Assembly: GCA_024137785.1 (NCBI GenBank)
Contig: JAHRHZ010000130.1
Span: forward strand, 1,337,520 to 1,374,535
Reading direction: 5' to 3'
Length of the DNA stretch: 37,016 nucleotides
Origin: Ginglymostoma cirratum
Lineage: Eukaryota
Position numbers and translations under genes: made by a program. The first letter of the stretch is position 1. Each line of letters opens with the position of its first letter. The notes beneath the pieces were generated by a model. That model ran no database searches and was not told the DNA's origin. It saw only the letters and a list, made by a program, of their open reading frames with translations. Shown piece after piece: positions 23,270-35,789 of this stretch.

Positions 23270-23800
23270 CCCTCGGCGCATTCCGGACTACCAAAGTAAA
23301 CTTCAGAGCTCATGTCCACGTTGCATTCCCCTCTCTCCATATGCAATTTCCCTCTCACTCGATTTGCTGCCTCGTTTTCTTCAACAGCATTTTCAGTCTT
23401 CATTTCCATTAATACCTTGGGATCTCCTACTCCCTGCACGCTGTTGCAGCTCTGTATTCCTACCGCGGCCTCTTCTCCTCCTTACATTCCGAATCTTCGT
23501 TTACATTTAGTTGAATCTTCATTCTCAACTTCAGTTCTGTGCAGCCATTGTCTACCAGCACTTCCTTGTAGTCTTTGTTGCTGCCAAAACTTGATAACCG
23601 TTTTTGATCCATTACATTGATGTCTCCGTGCCTCAAATTCTATCGGCACATCTTTCCAGCTGCCTTCTCATCCGCATCCTTGCAGCCTTCTCCTACACCT
23701 CACCGCTCCACGCCAGCACAGACAAATTTTCAACTCCATTAACTTTCTCAAAGCTACCGCATCTAAATGCTTTCCTATGCTTGTTCAATGGCAGACTTTC
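23270..23800 (+). mobile_element. Possible ancient L2-like LINE remnant
   Basis: Pyrimidine-rich, C/T-biased block with Ser/Leu/Pro-rich open frames; no diagnostic motif recognised. Confidence 0.25.
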
Positions 23801-24089
23801 TTTCTTGCATTTGTCGCGCACTTGTTACCACATCAGCAGCAAATGTGATAACGTATTAGCCAATGATTGAAGGAACGTTGCTTGTAGAGTTTGTCTCTCT
23901 CACCTACGAGAACGATGTTTTCCTGCTTGACATCCCATTGAGTGAATTTTCCATTCCTTCTAGTCGTGTTTTGAACCATTCTGTCCACCTGTGCACCCAT
24001 CGGCTTGTCGATCGAGGTATACCGAAATTCCAGATAATTATATTTTCACTTTGGTTACTTCTTAAGTAGTTCAGCTTCTTACCTTATTC

Positions 24090-24482
24090 TATTGTGGAAT
24101 GTTAGCGTCACTGACAAGGCCAACGTTTGTTGCCACCCATAACTGGAATTGAGAACTTTGCTCAGATATTTCAGTGGACAGTGAAGAGTTGAACACATTG
24201 CTGTGGTCTGGAGTCACTGTACCGGATGATCTAAGCATGACAGATTTCCTTTCCACTGATGGTTCGTGTGTAGAATTAATCTCCTGAGAAAGTGATGGAT
24301 TACAACAATTACAACGTTTAAAAGACATTTGGAAAGATACATGAATAGGGGATGTTTGGTGGGATATAGGCAAGGAGCAGGCAAGAGAGACTAGTTTAGG
24401 TCAGGATTATGTTTTCCATGGACTGGTTGGACCGAAGGGTCTGTTTCCGTACGGTATGACTCTATGACTCTATGACTCTTTG
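24090..24482. mobile_element. Minus-strand SINE fragment followed by a plus-strand CR1 3' tail
   Basis: 24090-24260 is the reverse complement of the 15200-15365 SINE body; 24320-24482 ends ggaccgaagggtctgtttcc...(tatgactc)3. Confidence 0.65.
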
Positions 24483-24489
24483 ACCTACT

Positions 24490-25370
24490 CGCCATCATAA
24501 AATTAGAAATGGGGATTTTCGCCAATGATCACACAATATTCAGCAGCTGCTGCGACTCCTCAAATACTGAAGAAATCCATTCCTAATTGCAGCAAGACCT
24601 GGGCAATATCCAGGCTTGACTTGAAATGCGGTAAATAACATTTGCACTACTCAAATTCATGACATTTATCATATCAAATAAAAGACCATCGCCATTTGCA
24701 TTCAAATAGTAATCACCGAATACCCTCGCTGTCAACACCCTGCAGGTTATGATTGAGCAGAACATTAATTGAACTTGCCATATAAATACTGCAGCTCCAT
24801 GATCGGGTCAGAGGGTCAGAATCTTGCAGCGAGTAATTCCCCTTCTGACTCCCAAATACTTGACCATCATCTGCAAGGCACAAATGAGGAGTGTGACAGA
24901 GTACACACTACAAGCCTAGATAAGTGCAGCTCCAATAAGGCACAACTGGCTTGACACCATCCAGGAGAAAACAACTCACTCGGCTGGCACAACATCCACA
25001 AGCATCCATTCTGTCCACGACCAACACTCAGTAGTAGCAGCGCTCCTGACATTCACTAGAAGTCCTTATACAGCACCTTCCAATCTCTGTACCTCGTCCT
25101 CCTCGAAGGAATATGGCAGTAGACACACTGGCACATGCACGTTCCCCACATGTCATCCACCATAGTGAATTGGAAATACAGAGTTATTCTTTCAGTGTGG
25201 TCAGGTGAAAATCTTGGAATTCCATTCCCAGCGGCATTGTAAATCTTCCGACATCACAAAGACAGCATCTGTTATGAAGGAAGCTCACCACCACGTTCTC
25301 GCGGGCAATTAAATACAGACAATACCTGCTGGTCCACCCAGCGACGCCCATATCCATGAGTGAAAAAAGA
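24490..25370 (+). mobile_element. Decayed CR1-like LINE 3' portion
   Basis: ttcgccaatgatcacaca (FAND, RT motif remnant), gcagcaagacctgggcaatatccaggcttg, tail ccagcgacgcccatatccatgagtgaaaaaa; a second tail lies at about 25670-25855. Confidence 0.7.
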
Positions 25371-25912
25371 GACTGATAAAATAACAGCCTAAATACGAGT
25401 GTAGAGGAAGTAACGCTGATGAATGATAAGGTGAAAGTGGTTTGGGAATGAGTGAAGTTTTCTTTAAAGTAGCAATGAAATAGAAGAAATTCAGAATACA
25501 ATAATACACCATTTGTTTCCGATAAACGGGCTTCTTTGGCAGAAAGTCTATTCCAGGTACGTGTCTTAAATTGTGTAAAAGACTTGCTTAATACGATGCA
25601 TCGCTTGTCAGTTCAATTTTCACTCATAAACATAGCTCGTTTAAATTAGATTACAAACATTCAAATTTCAACCTGTTTGCTTAATCAGGTCAAACTCCTG
25701 GAATTCCCTCCTCTCTGACATTATTTGACTGTCTACAGAACATGGACAGAAGATGCTCAAGAAGGCAGCTCGCCACCACATTCCCAAGGCCAATTAGGGA
25801 CGGGCAATAAATGTTTGCGCGGCCATTTATGCCCACATCCCCCAAGTGAATAAAATAAATGTTAATGACTAGTTGAAAAATATAACTTGTTCTATTGTTC
25901 TTTCTTTATCAG

Positions 25913-26212
25913 TGACACCATCACTCCCCACCCTGTATGGCTTGCTCTCCTCCTGTGAACAACCAAGCACACCCAAGTCTGTGACTTATGGCTGTCTGGT
26001 GATGGACTACTCCCCAGAAATCACCAGCCTTGCTTGGAAGAAGGAGCAAGATCCGATTGACAGTGGACTGAAGACTTACCCATCAGTGCTGAATAAGGAG
26101 GGAACGCGTACCCTAAGTAGTCAGTTAACGATCTCTGAATCAGAGGTAGGAAGCGGCAGAATCTACTGTGAGGTCCAACAAAGCGAGAAAGTCTGGCGAA
26201 AAGAAATGCCAG
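25913..26212 (+). CDS. IGHM: IgM Cmu1 exon
   Basis: Acceptor tttatcag|, donor g|gttagt; [17 protein letters not shown]...[10 protein letters not shown]...WKK...[10 protein letters not shown]...IYCEV; light-chain-bonding Cys (SSC) present. Confidence 0.95.
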
Positions 26213-26789
26213 GTTAGTGGTCTGGGCTAAACAGGGCTGTAGTTTCAAAGTGTCAAAAAATGTAATACACAACTAAGTTATGTTCCTATTCTGGAGTCTG
26301 TGGTTTAGAATAGATTAAAGTACGATGCATAGCTCAAGTAAGCATCTCACACTTAGTTGACTGCTGATGTTTGTCATCTCCATATCACACTTTCTCCATT
26401 CTGTATAGTTCCACTTCATATTTGGCATACTATTTACAGCTCTGCTCTCCACAATGCACTTAGCATATTGCGAACAAGTCTGCACTCCACAAATCCCTTA
26501 GTGCACCGTGACGAGCCTTAACATTTATGTCAAACCTAGAGTATTGTTTTGATTCCGCCTTTGCGGATTGTTCCGGGAAACTGGAGAGGAATGAGCCGAC
26601 CGACAAGGATGATGCTACAATCGATTGGTTATTACTGTCAAGAAATTTCGAAAAAGCTGGTGGCATTTTCTCACAAAATAACACTTGGGATGCGACTAAT
26701 TACAGCTGTTCAGACTTAGTTAGAAGATAGTTAGATGAGACAAATCAACTTAGCAATTCAGAAGAACGCTATTCCATAAACCATGCCAA

Positions 26790-27290
26790 TGGAGGGGGTG
26801 CAGAGAAGGATCACTCGGTTAACTCCAGTGTTGAAAGTGTTGGCTTGCGAGGACAGATTAAGTCAACTGGGACCTTTGAATTTAGAAAAATCAGGGGAGA
26901 GCTTAGAGAAACATATGCAATTATGAAGGGAGTGAAGAAGATAGAAACAGGGAAGTTGCTTTCACTGGTGGGTGAAACTAGAACTAGAAGGGTGTAGCCT
27001 CAAAATAACGGGGAGCAGACTTAGGACTGAACTGAGGTAGAATTTATTCACCCAAACGATCGTGAATATGTGGAATTATCTGTCCAGCGAAGCAATTAAG
27101 GCTACCTCGCTGAATTTTTAAAGTCAAATATAGATAGATTTTTGAACAGTAAAGGAATTAAGAGTTATGGTGAAAGTGCGGGAAGGTGAGCTGAGTCCAA
27201 GAAAAAGATCAGCCATGGTCTTATTGAATGGCGGAGGCAAACTCGACGGGCCAGATGGCCTACTCTTGCTCCTGTTTCTTATGTTCTTAC
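26790..27290 (+). mobile_element. CR1 LINE 3' end in the Cmu1-Cmu2 intron
   Basis: ggagggggtgcagagaagg...gaaactagaactagaaggg...gggccagatggcctactcttgctcctgtttcttatgttctta. Confidence 0.8.
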
Positions 27291-27564
27291 GAGAAGAATG
27301 TGGAACTCGCCGCGGTTGAAGCATTGTATAGCTGCCTCCAGGGGAAACCGAATAGGTCCACTGGGTAGAATCGAAACTGCATTCTTTTTGATGCAGCAAG
27401 AGCAAGTAACGCCGCAGGATTTTTGTGAGGGGGTTTGAACGCTGACATTCAACTGTTGATTTCAATGGCCTGTTTTTCTCATTTGTTTTGCAAAAAGACA
27501 GACAGCTTTCACTTGGTTGATTCGCAACAAAATTTAATTTCCTATCTTATGTATTTTCTTGAAG

Positions 27565-27876
27565 ATCCTGTTATTCATCATCCAACTATTATCCTCTCCG
27601 CGAGTCCTAGTGAAGAAGTCATGAGCAGCAGATTTGCAACTGTCGTCTGTTCAATCGTTGATTTCCGTCCAAACTCAATCGCTGTAAATTGGCTGAAGAA
27701 TGGACAAGTCATCCCTTCGGGCTTTGTCACTTCCCCAACCTTTGAAGTGAACGGCAACTTTTCAGCCACCAGTCGTCTCACATTCACTGCTAGGGAGTGG
27801 TTCGACAATGCGGTATTTTCCTGCATGGTTACTCACCAACGGTTCACCCAAATTCAGAACATCACGAGATCTTCAG
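27565..27876 (+). CDS. IGHM: IgM Cmu2 exon
   Basis: Acceptor ttgaag|, donor g|gtaaga; [11 protein letters not shown]...[13 protein letters not shown]...WLKNG...[10 protein letters not shown]...FSCMVTH...NITRSS. Confidence 0.95.
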
Positions 27877-29456
27877 GTAAGAAAAACAACACACAACATT
27901 GGGAGTCCATTCTGGCACCAATCTCAAAGTCACGAGCTCCATCGGAACTGATATAATTTATATTATTTAGTAATCTTGCAATCTTCCAAAGTAAAAGGAA
28001 GACTTTCCATTTTAGAACGTCAGAATGTCCCAAGATATTTATCAGCCAATCTTTTCTATTCGGTCATTGCCGCAATGTAAGATATCCGACAGCCATTTGC
28101 TGCTTCGCAGTATATCATGCTGGGTCGATTTTTTTCCTTTAATTTCATCTGCAGGTTGAGGGATAATTGTTGATCAAGAACCAGACTTGCTGCTGAGTTT
28201 TTTTTCGAATAATTTCTGGTCTATAACAAAAACAAAAGCTAGTTCCCTTGGAATTAATGACGCGGGAGGTTTTAAAGCAAATTAAGAGGACTTGCGGTCC
28301 TTGGTTTAGCATTTCCTGCAAAGTCTGCATCTCGAAGACTTTAGTATTCGCTCATGCGCTGTTGCTGGTGTCAGCTTAAATTTGTGTTCAACTCTTTCGA
28401 ATTAACGTTGACCTCACAATCTTTCTGAAGGAGAATTACATAGACTTCGGGATTCCATGCTCTAACAACACAACGGGAGCATTTCATGAAATGTTGGACA
28501 GTGGCTGAGGGTAATTTTGCTTAGTTTTTATCCTACAATGAATGATGCTGTTGTGAATTGGTAATTCAGGTCGGCGGGCAAGTGCAGCTAATTGTTCAAA
28601 ACCTACTTCAAGCAAAAAAGTCTCAATTTCTGTAACGGCATTCTCTTTGAACATTGTCAATGACAGACTGAAAAGTCGATGTTTTCATTCCTTCGAGAGT
28701 AAAACTAACAGATTATCTCATTAAGGTGAATAATTTGATAATGGAGTTAAAATGAGTTCAAAACATTACGGTGTAATTTCACAACTACAGGTTGAAATCT
28801 TAAAGACAGCAATTATATTTTGGGGTACAGTTAGCGAAGATTTCTTCACACAACGGCTTTGGGATGTTCAAATACTCACCCTGCCCCTCCCCTCACGCAC
28901 ACTAACTATTGAGTCTGGTCTTCAAGTAGTACTTGTTCCAGAAATTGAAGATAGTAGTGTTTATTTCTTCAGGAAAGAGCATCAAAGATTGCGCAGCGCA
29001 CAAAGGTAATTAGAATTCAGAAACAGATCACGCGTTATCTCATTGATTGGCAGAACAGCAGTCGGGGCATATTTTAGTTCTGCTCCTATATTCCTCGAAC
29101 TACGCCTACGACATACTTCCTTCCGCGAATGCAAGGAACACTCACTTTGGACACACATTAGAATACTTCACATCAGCATTACAAACATTACGTGGTGTTA
29201 ACCTGGGGATGTTTTAATCACTGGTAAGAATGTTGAGAGGGGAATGTTGGAGGGTCACAAATCGCGACAGGTCGGGCAAAAATGTGCTGACATTTTCAGA
29301 AGAGGTGACAACCAGAGATTGTTCACTTGTCGTGAATGGGAAAAGAAACAAAGACAAGGAGCTCATTATCATAAAGTTATTTATACTTCACAAGCATAAA
29401 ATTTGAATACTGAAGTTCTGATACTGAAGATGTTGGTTCTCGGTTCTGTTTCACAG

Positions 29457-29765
29457 AGGATTCCACGTGCAGCGATCCTAAAATCACTCTATTGCCACCA
29501 CCGATCGACCAAGTCTTACTGGACGACACGGTGACCTTAACTTGCATCGTGTCTAATGTTGCTTACGAAGTCAACGTGTCTTGGACCCAAGGAACGAAGC
29601 CTTTGAAATCAGAGATTACTAATCAACAGGGAGAGGATCAACACAGTGTGATCAGCAAAATAGATATCTCTACACAAGCCTGGCAGAGTGGGGATACGTT
29701 CTTCTGCGTGGCAAGCGATCATAATCTGCCGACCCCTGTAAGAGGTTCAATCAGCAAAATAAAAG
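29457..29765 (+). CDS. IGHM: IgM Cmu3 exon
   Basis: Acceptor tttcacag|, donor g|gtgaga; [22 protein letters not shown]...LTCIVSN...WTQ...FFCVAS...LPTP. Confidence 0.95.
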
Positions 29766-30271
29766 GTGAGATTATAGTAATCTGACACTCATTTTGCCTA
29801 CTTTCTACATTGCCGGTAAGTCACTCTGTACTTCAGTGTACCATAATGAAGAATAGAACTGACACAATTTCTGATGACAGTAACTGAGCACTCGGCGATC
29901 CAAAGGGATGTCAAGGAAGTTAGATGTGGTTATGAGGCAGAAAAACATGGCAGCGTCTGCTATTTGGGTGAAATGAAGTACTGTGGCAAACGGCTGATGT
30001 GGTAAATTAATATCATTGCAGGACGGTTGAGTTGCACTCTACATTAGAATGCTTCAAACTCCACATATTCTTCCAGTTCATCTTTCTTTTCTTCCTTTGT
30101 TTCCTTCAGAATGCAGTTATATCCGCCTTGGCTGAGTAAAAGTCCAGTCATTGAGGGGAAATGGAAAGCTCTCAAAACTTTTGTTGCAAAGCGCATTTCT
30201 TTCATACCTAAACGTTAGTCTCATTGTCTCTGGAGTGCTCCAGTCTGATGATACTTGTCAATTTTCCGCAG

Positions 30272-30663
30272 ATAATCATCCCCGAGTGCCTTCCGTATCT
30301 GTGCTCTTGCCCTTGGCAGAAAAACTCTCATCCCAGGAGTTCGTCTTCCTCACCTGCTTAGTGAGAGGTTTCTCCCCCCGAGAGATCTTTGTAAAGTGGA
30401 CCGTCAATGACAAGCCGGTGAATCCTGGTAACTACAAGAACACCGAGGTGATAGCGGAGAATGACGATACTTCCTACTTCATGTACAGCCTGTTATCCAT
30501 TAGAGCTGCGGAGTGGGCCAGCGGTGCCTCTTACTCTTGTATGGTGGGACATGAGGCGATTCCCCTGAAATTCATCAACAGAACTGTCGATAAATCTAGC
30601 GGTAAACCGAGTTTTGTGAACATTTCCCTTGCACTGATGGACACTGTTAATTTGTGTCAATGA
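30272..30663 (+). CDS. IGHM: IgM Cmu4 exon with secretory tailpiece
   Basis: Acceptor ttccgcag|; [17 protein letters not shown]...[11 protein letters not shown]; internal donor g|gtaaa at 30602 for the membrane form; tail [20 protein letters not shown] with NIS sequon and penultimate Cys. Confidence 0.96.
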
Positions 30664-30691
30664 GCATCGGTCTGTTGCATTTCACTTCTTC

Positions 30692-30697
30692 AATAAA
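30692..30697 (+). terminator. Poly(A) signal of the secreted form
   Basis: AATAAA 28 bp after the TGA. Confidence 0.8.
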
Positions 30698-33498
30698 AAT
30701 CAATGAAACAATTTCTTTCAATCATGCATTTAACACATAACAGCTCAATTACCTCTCTCACCACCACCGTACCACACACCACACCCCCCCCCCAACCGCC
30801 CCGCCCGCAGTATCGCTGACAACATTTTCAATGGAGAGAAACATTTACCTGAATTAGGTTATTTCCAGTTCTAGTGTTCAACTGTTGAATAGCTAAACTT
30901 TCGAATTCAGATACAACACAAATTAGGAAAAGACTGAAGCTCTTTTACTGGGGATTTCTCAGAGGAACTTCAATATCTTTCCTCCTGCAATGGTGAAAGT
31001 GATTTATTTTTTGTTTCCATTTCTGTCAAACAAATGAAGGCCATTTAGATCTCTGTGTCAATATTCTGCACATCAACAATCTCTCTACAAATGGTACCAC
31101 TTAAGGTTGCAGCAACAAATCATTGGGCCTGTTTACAGGGCTACACACAAACCTAAAACAAACAGGCACCACATTGCCCGCTTCAAAGCAGAGGTACAGG
31201 AAAGGATAAGCTGAATCCAGCGTACATCCACTTCCCTCAAAAGGTGGACGGGAATGGTAAATTGTTACCTCCTGCTCCCTTCTGCATAGCATCAGCAAAG
31301 GTTATCAATTAGCTCATTGCACTTCCACTTCACCAACGAAGAAGGGGATTAACAATTCGAAGGGGAAATGTTAATCAATGTATTTCACAATGCCCAAGCA
31401 AAGAGATGGCTAAAGGGCAACTATTAACTCACCAGAAAGCTTCAAATGTGACTGTTTTCTATTATGTGCAGACGGCTGACAAAACACACAGGTCAGCTTG
31501 CAGCTTCCCGTCAAAGAGCTTACATTTCCAGTATGGTTGTCGTCCTGTATTCACTAATCTTAATCAACATTATTGTTTAAAATGTGTATTTTGCGCTCAA
31601 CTCCTGACGTCGAAATCAGGTATGTTAGTTGCATCCTTTACTTATGTCCCCCTCCCCTCCCTTCCATCATGGTCCTGTCACAAAGCTCTCTGAGACGCAT
31701 TGGTTGAGTTGGTGGATTTGTGTTCCTGATGTCACCTTGCAACTTACAGAAAGCACTTTGGATTCAGGAAGGTGACTCTTGCGTAACTCACTCGATCAGG
31801 AATTGATTCGATTACTGGTACTTTATGAAAATTGGAACAATAATATAAACGAACCAAAACAAAACGCATACTTGACTGACGTCACACACCCATTCACAAA
31901 TTGATGGAAAGACAGGCAAATAACAAATTCACGCAAGTAAACACAAAGACAAGCGCAAACTTTTAACAAATGCAATAGGACAGATTCACAAACACAGAAA
32001 CAAAGGTTATGGTAGACATTATGCCAACACATTAGTTGATATAAATAAAGTTAAGATAAAGGCACCATGATCCTGCAGAATCACATGCTTTTGACGGAAA
32101 AACACGACTGGTGATATATAGGTTGAAGAGTTAGTTGGTGCAAGACTTGAACTCATGTTGCTAGTATCATTCTGGAAAACAAGCTAGCTGTCTGGCCAAT
32201 TGAGCTAACCAATCCCAGTAAACATAAGCAGACATATAGAAAAGCACATACGCAGACTGAAAAAAAATAGACAAAATAACGAAAATAAGTTATGGACTTC
32301 TGGCATAAAGGCTAAAGAAAAAGTCGAAATACTCAACAGCTCATTAAAAATCTGCATCTCTGACAGATGTAATGTTGAGTACTGATGTCATGTTGAGTAT
32401 TTACAGCATTTCTGTTTTAATAAACAAAATCAAACACTGGGTTATAAATACAGAGATAAACAGAAGCAAAAATTCAAGGACAAACATAGAAAGGAAACCG
32501 TATCAATGTACTGTCAAATGCACTGAACAACTGAAGGCACACAGACTGTAGACAAAGGTATTAGAATATAAAAGCATATAAACATACTTCACCCAAAATC
32601 TAACATGTTTTAACTGAGAAATGTAAGCTAACTGAATCAAATACTTTCACGAGAACACGGACAGGAATAATCTGACAGACATATAGATCAGAAAAGAAAC
32701 ATAAACAGCCATATTAGTGGGCATGGATGCAAATACAAATTAACACAGAGTTTGGTGCAAAAACAGTCATCAAAATATAATCAGACACATTTACAAGCTC
32801 ATACTTTCAAGTTGACAGAAATGTCACAGTACACACATGTAAAGAGAAGACACAGGAATGCAAACATCAGCGTTCAGTGACACATGACAAGTGTGCACAT
32901 TATGAAGCAGCCACGCACTTAACAAAAAGTGGGCGATGCTCATACATATATCAAAATCATAAAACACCATAAAAGTAATCAGGATATATTAGAATGTGTA
33001 ACTCAAATTCGCTATTTAGAAGATATAACCATCTAATAATTCCCTCATGGACGTTGTAACATTCTATTTTTCTATGTAAGAACTGATCTAAGCCAGTGAA
33101 CGTTTCCACAATAAATAATAATGATCACACATAGCTTTTAGGCAGTGACTATAATAATTTCAAATTAAGCAGCTGTATGTTTTAAAAAAAGCGATACCAT
33201 CGATCAGTAAACTCTCTCAACACTTCTCAAATGAATTGCCTAAAATTGATCAACAATAAACTGACATTGAAGACAAACTACCGTGTTCCCACAATGGGTA
33301 GTATGAAGAATATGAAGGAAGAACGGTTGTGGAGATAGTAACATAGATTTTGTTTCAGCCAGAGATTAATCAGTATTAATACACAATTAAAAATAAATTA
33401 GAGCACAATCTTTAAGAGAGTGAGAATAGAATTTCATGAGTACAATCGTCTGGAAAAATTAACAAACTAACTATATTACTTGGGCTGTATTCCGGTAG

Positions 33499-33626
33499 AT
33501 TCCACAGACCATGTCTGGATTGAAGACTACCAGGATATAAATAGCAACATCTGGACAACTGCTTCCATGTTCATCTCCCTGTTCTTCCTGAGTATTTTCT
33601 ACAGCGCTGCTGTCACTCTAGTGAAG
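33499..33626 (+). CDS. IGHM: IgM TM1 exon
   Basis: Acceptor cggtag|; DSTDHVWIEDYQDINSNIWTTASMFISLFFLSIFYSAAVTLVK with the conserved antigen-receptor TM motif; phase-0 donor aag|gtaagc. Confidence 0.93.
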
Positions 33627-33746
33627 GTAAGCAGATTCGGTCCACTTACTCTTCAAACCGACAGACACAATTGAAAATACTCTGAATATTTACTTGATTA
33701 AAAGCTATCATAATCCTCGATCATAAACACTATTTTTCTTTTACAG

Positions 33747-33755
33747 GTCAGGTGA
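33747..33755 (+). CDS. IGHM: IgM TM2 exon (VR-stop)
   Basis: Strong acceptor tttttcttttacag| followed by gtc agg tga. Confidence 0.9.
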   Translation, partial: VR

Positions 33756-34142
33756 TCTGTTGAATATCCGACAGACTGGATTTTATTCAAGCGTTAATTC
33801 CTCGATATGGCGAATTTAAAATGAATTATCTTCTCCTTTAAAAATAACTTTTTTATTCAGTTTATTATTTCACACCTGTCGCTGAGACAAGTGTGGAAAC
33901 TACTTCTGTATTTCCATTTGAATAGCTTGAGATAATGAATTAGTTTCTTACTTCACTTGAATATGAATTCCATTTGAGAGTAATATTTCTTGTTCTTTAT
34001 TCAGAATTATCCCTTCCCGTTTGCAGAGTCATTCTTCTTTCTCCCTTGTGTTTGTTTCAGTTGTACAAATAATTGGCAGCTGAGCCAACATGTGCTTCAT
34101 TCTCACTGTGATGCTCATTCTATTCACTCCTGTTAACGTTAA

Positions 34143-34148
34143 AATAAA
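34143..34148 (+). terminator. Probable poly(A) signal of the membrane form
   Basis: First AATAAA noticed after the TM2 stop, just before repeat-derived sequence begins. Confidence 0.55.
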
Positions 34149-34199
34149 CAATGTGAAATGCCATTATGGAAATGTTAGTAAATCTTTAATGGATGTGAA

Positions 34200-34960
34200 C
34201 AAAATACGACATGCTGAATTTCTTCTCCAAGACCAAGCAACCTGTCAAGGCACGTCATGTCTGACAATACATCGTTCGTGGTATAACTTTGAGAGGAATA
34301 CAGACAGAGTGGAATCTTGGGGTTGAAGTGCACAATTTATTGAACATGGCCAGGCAAGTTGCAATAGTTGTTAAGGAAGTTTATAGGAACCTTGGGTTCC
34401 TAACAGAGGCAGAGAGTATAAAATACAAGGAAGGGATGCTGCACTAAAAGTTATTCGCCAGACCACATTGGAGTATTGTTTTCTGTTCTGGGCACCTTAT
34501 TAAAGGAAGGATGTTAAAGTCCTGGAAAGAGTGCAAAGGCGATTTAGTAGAGTGATACCGAGAATAAGGGAATTTAAGTCGAAAGAAAGATGAGAGAAAT
34601 TGGATTTATTCTCCTTCAAGCACAGAAGATTAAAAGGTAACATTATCGCGATGTTCAAAATTATTGACAATTTTCTCAGGGCAAAGAATCATATTCTGTT
34701 TACGCAAGTTTATGCGTCAATAACTAGGTGCGACATTTTCAAGATTGTCAGCATAAGAGCTGGGAGTGAGTAAAAGAGAATTTGGAATGAGTATCGGGGG
34801 TGAGGATGGAAGATTTGTGGAGGCAGATTCTAGACGACGTTTCAAAAAGAGCTGGATATATATAAAGTAAAGACTTTCTCGGACCATCGAGATATAACTG
34901 GGGAATGGAACGAGGTGGATAGCTCTTTCCAGCGCCAATGCGGGTATGCTGAGTTGAAAA
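34200..34960 (+). mobile_element. Decayed CR1 LINE 3' portion
   Basis: agaccacattggagtattgttttctgttctgggcacct encodes RPHWSIVFCSGH, a frameshifted RPHLEYCxxFWAP; ctggaaagagtgcaaaggcgattt encodes LERVQRRF. Confidence 0.75.
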
Positions 34961-35789
34961 ATGAGGTGTTTCCTTGAAGTTTACGTTTAGCGCCACTGAA
35001 AGAGTGCAGTTAGCCAACAAACATGTCAGCATGGAGAATTGGAAATGTAGAACTCGCTGTACCAACAAGTTGTGGATATTGAGGACCAATTGAACATTTT
35101 AAAACTGGATGCTAAACGGTTGTTAAGAGCGTCAAAGCATATGGAATAAGTTTCAGTCCTGATCGAATTGAATGGTTGAGCAGTTTAAAGGGATGATGTA
35201 GGTGAGAATAATTAATGAAAATCTTCTCTTGAAATAGATGGTGAAGTCTCTAGATTCCGGGTACACGGAGACAGGATTCCCGCCTCCGCCCATTGTCCCC
35301 CACCTCCCCCCCCCCTTTACTTGAGCCAAGTATTCCGGAGTAACTGCTGCACTCTCCGGCCAGAGCGAGAATTCAATCCCCGGGCAGCCCCACTTTCTCT
35401 GTGGCGCTAGATCAAGGAATACGAGAGAGGAAGACAATTTGCAAAATCTCCTCGCTTCGTTTTCTTCCAAGTCATGCAGTTTGATTTGAAACAGCACCGA
35501 TTTCCTTTTAACTTTCACACTTACTGAAATATGCCCCTCTGTAAGTAAAAGACTTCTAATTTCCACAGGACGTACAGAGAAGTGTGAAACTCTGGATCTG
35601 GGATTAGTGTCACATCTGCTGAGGAGAACATTCTAGATATTTTGAAGAACCTGCTGTTATAGAAACCCTACAGTGCAGAAGGAAACCTTTCACCCCAACA
35701 GGTCCCCACTGAACCCTCCCCACCAGGACAGGGAAGGACGTATATGTGGTACAGCAAAGTGAGAATGGTGGGAGGGCTTGTGTGATAAA

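Noticed and set aside
24694-24701. Exact octamer ATTTGCAT in the J-C intron (another, ATGCAAAT, at 32727-32734)
   Set aside because: The first lies inside a LINE remnant and the second in low-complexity A/C-rich DNA; about this many hits are expected by chance
17490-25912. Class-switch (S) region in the J-C intron
   Set aside because: No tandem AGCT/GGGGT-rich array is visible; the intron is AT-rich unique DNA plus retroelements
25913-30663. IgM1gj, IgNAR or heavy-chain-only antibody
   Set aside because: All four Cmu domains are present, V is not joined to J, and the Cmu1 light-chain Cys and VH interface residues are retained
35325-35395. tRNA-like stretch with a B-box-like GAATTCAATCCC
   Set aside because: No convincing cloverleaf or acceptor stem; at most a decayed SINE head
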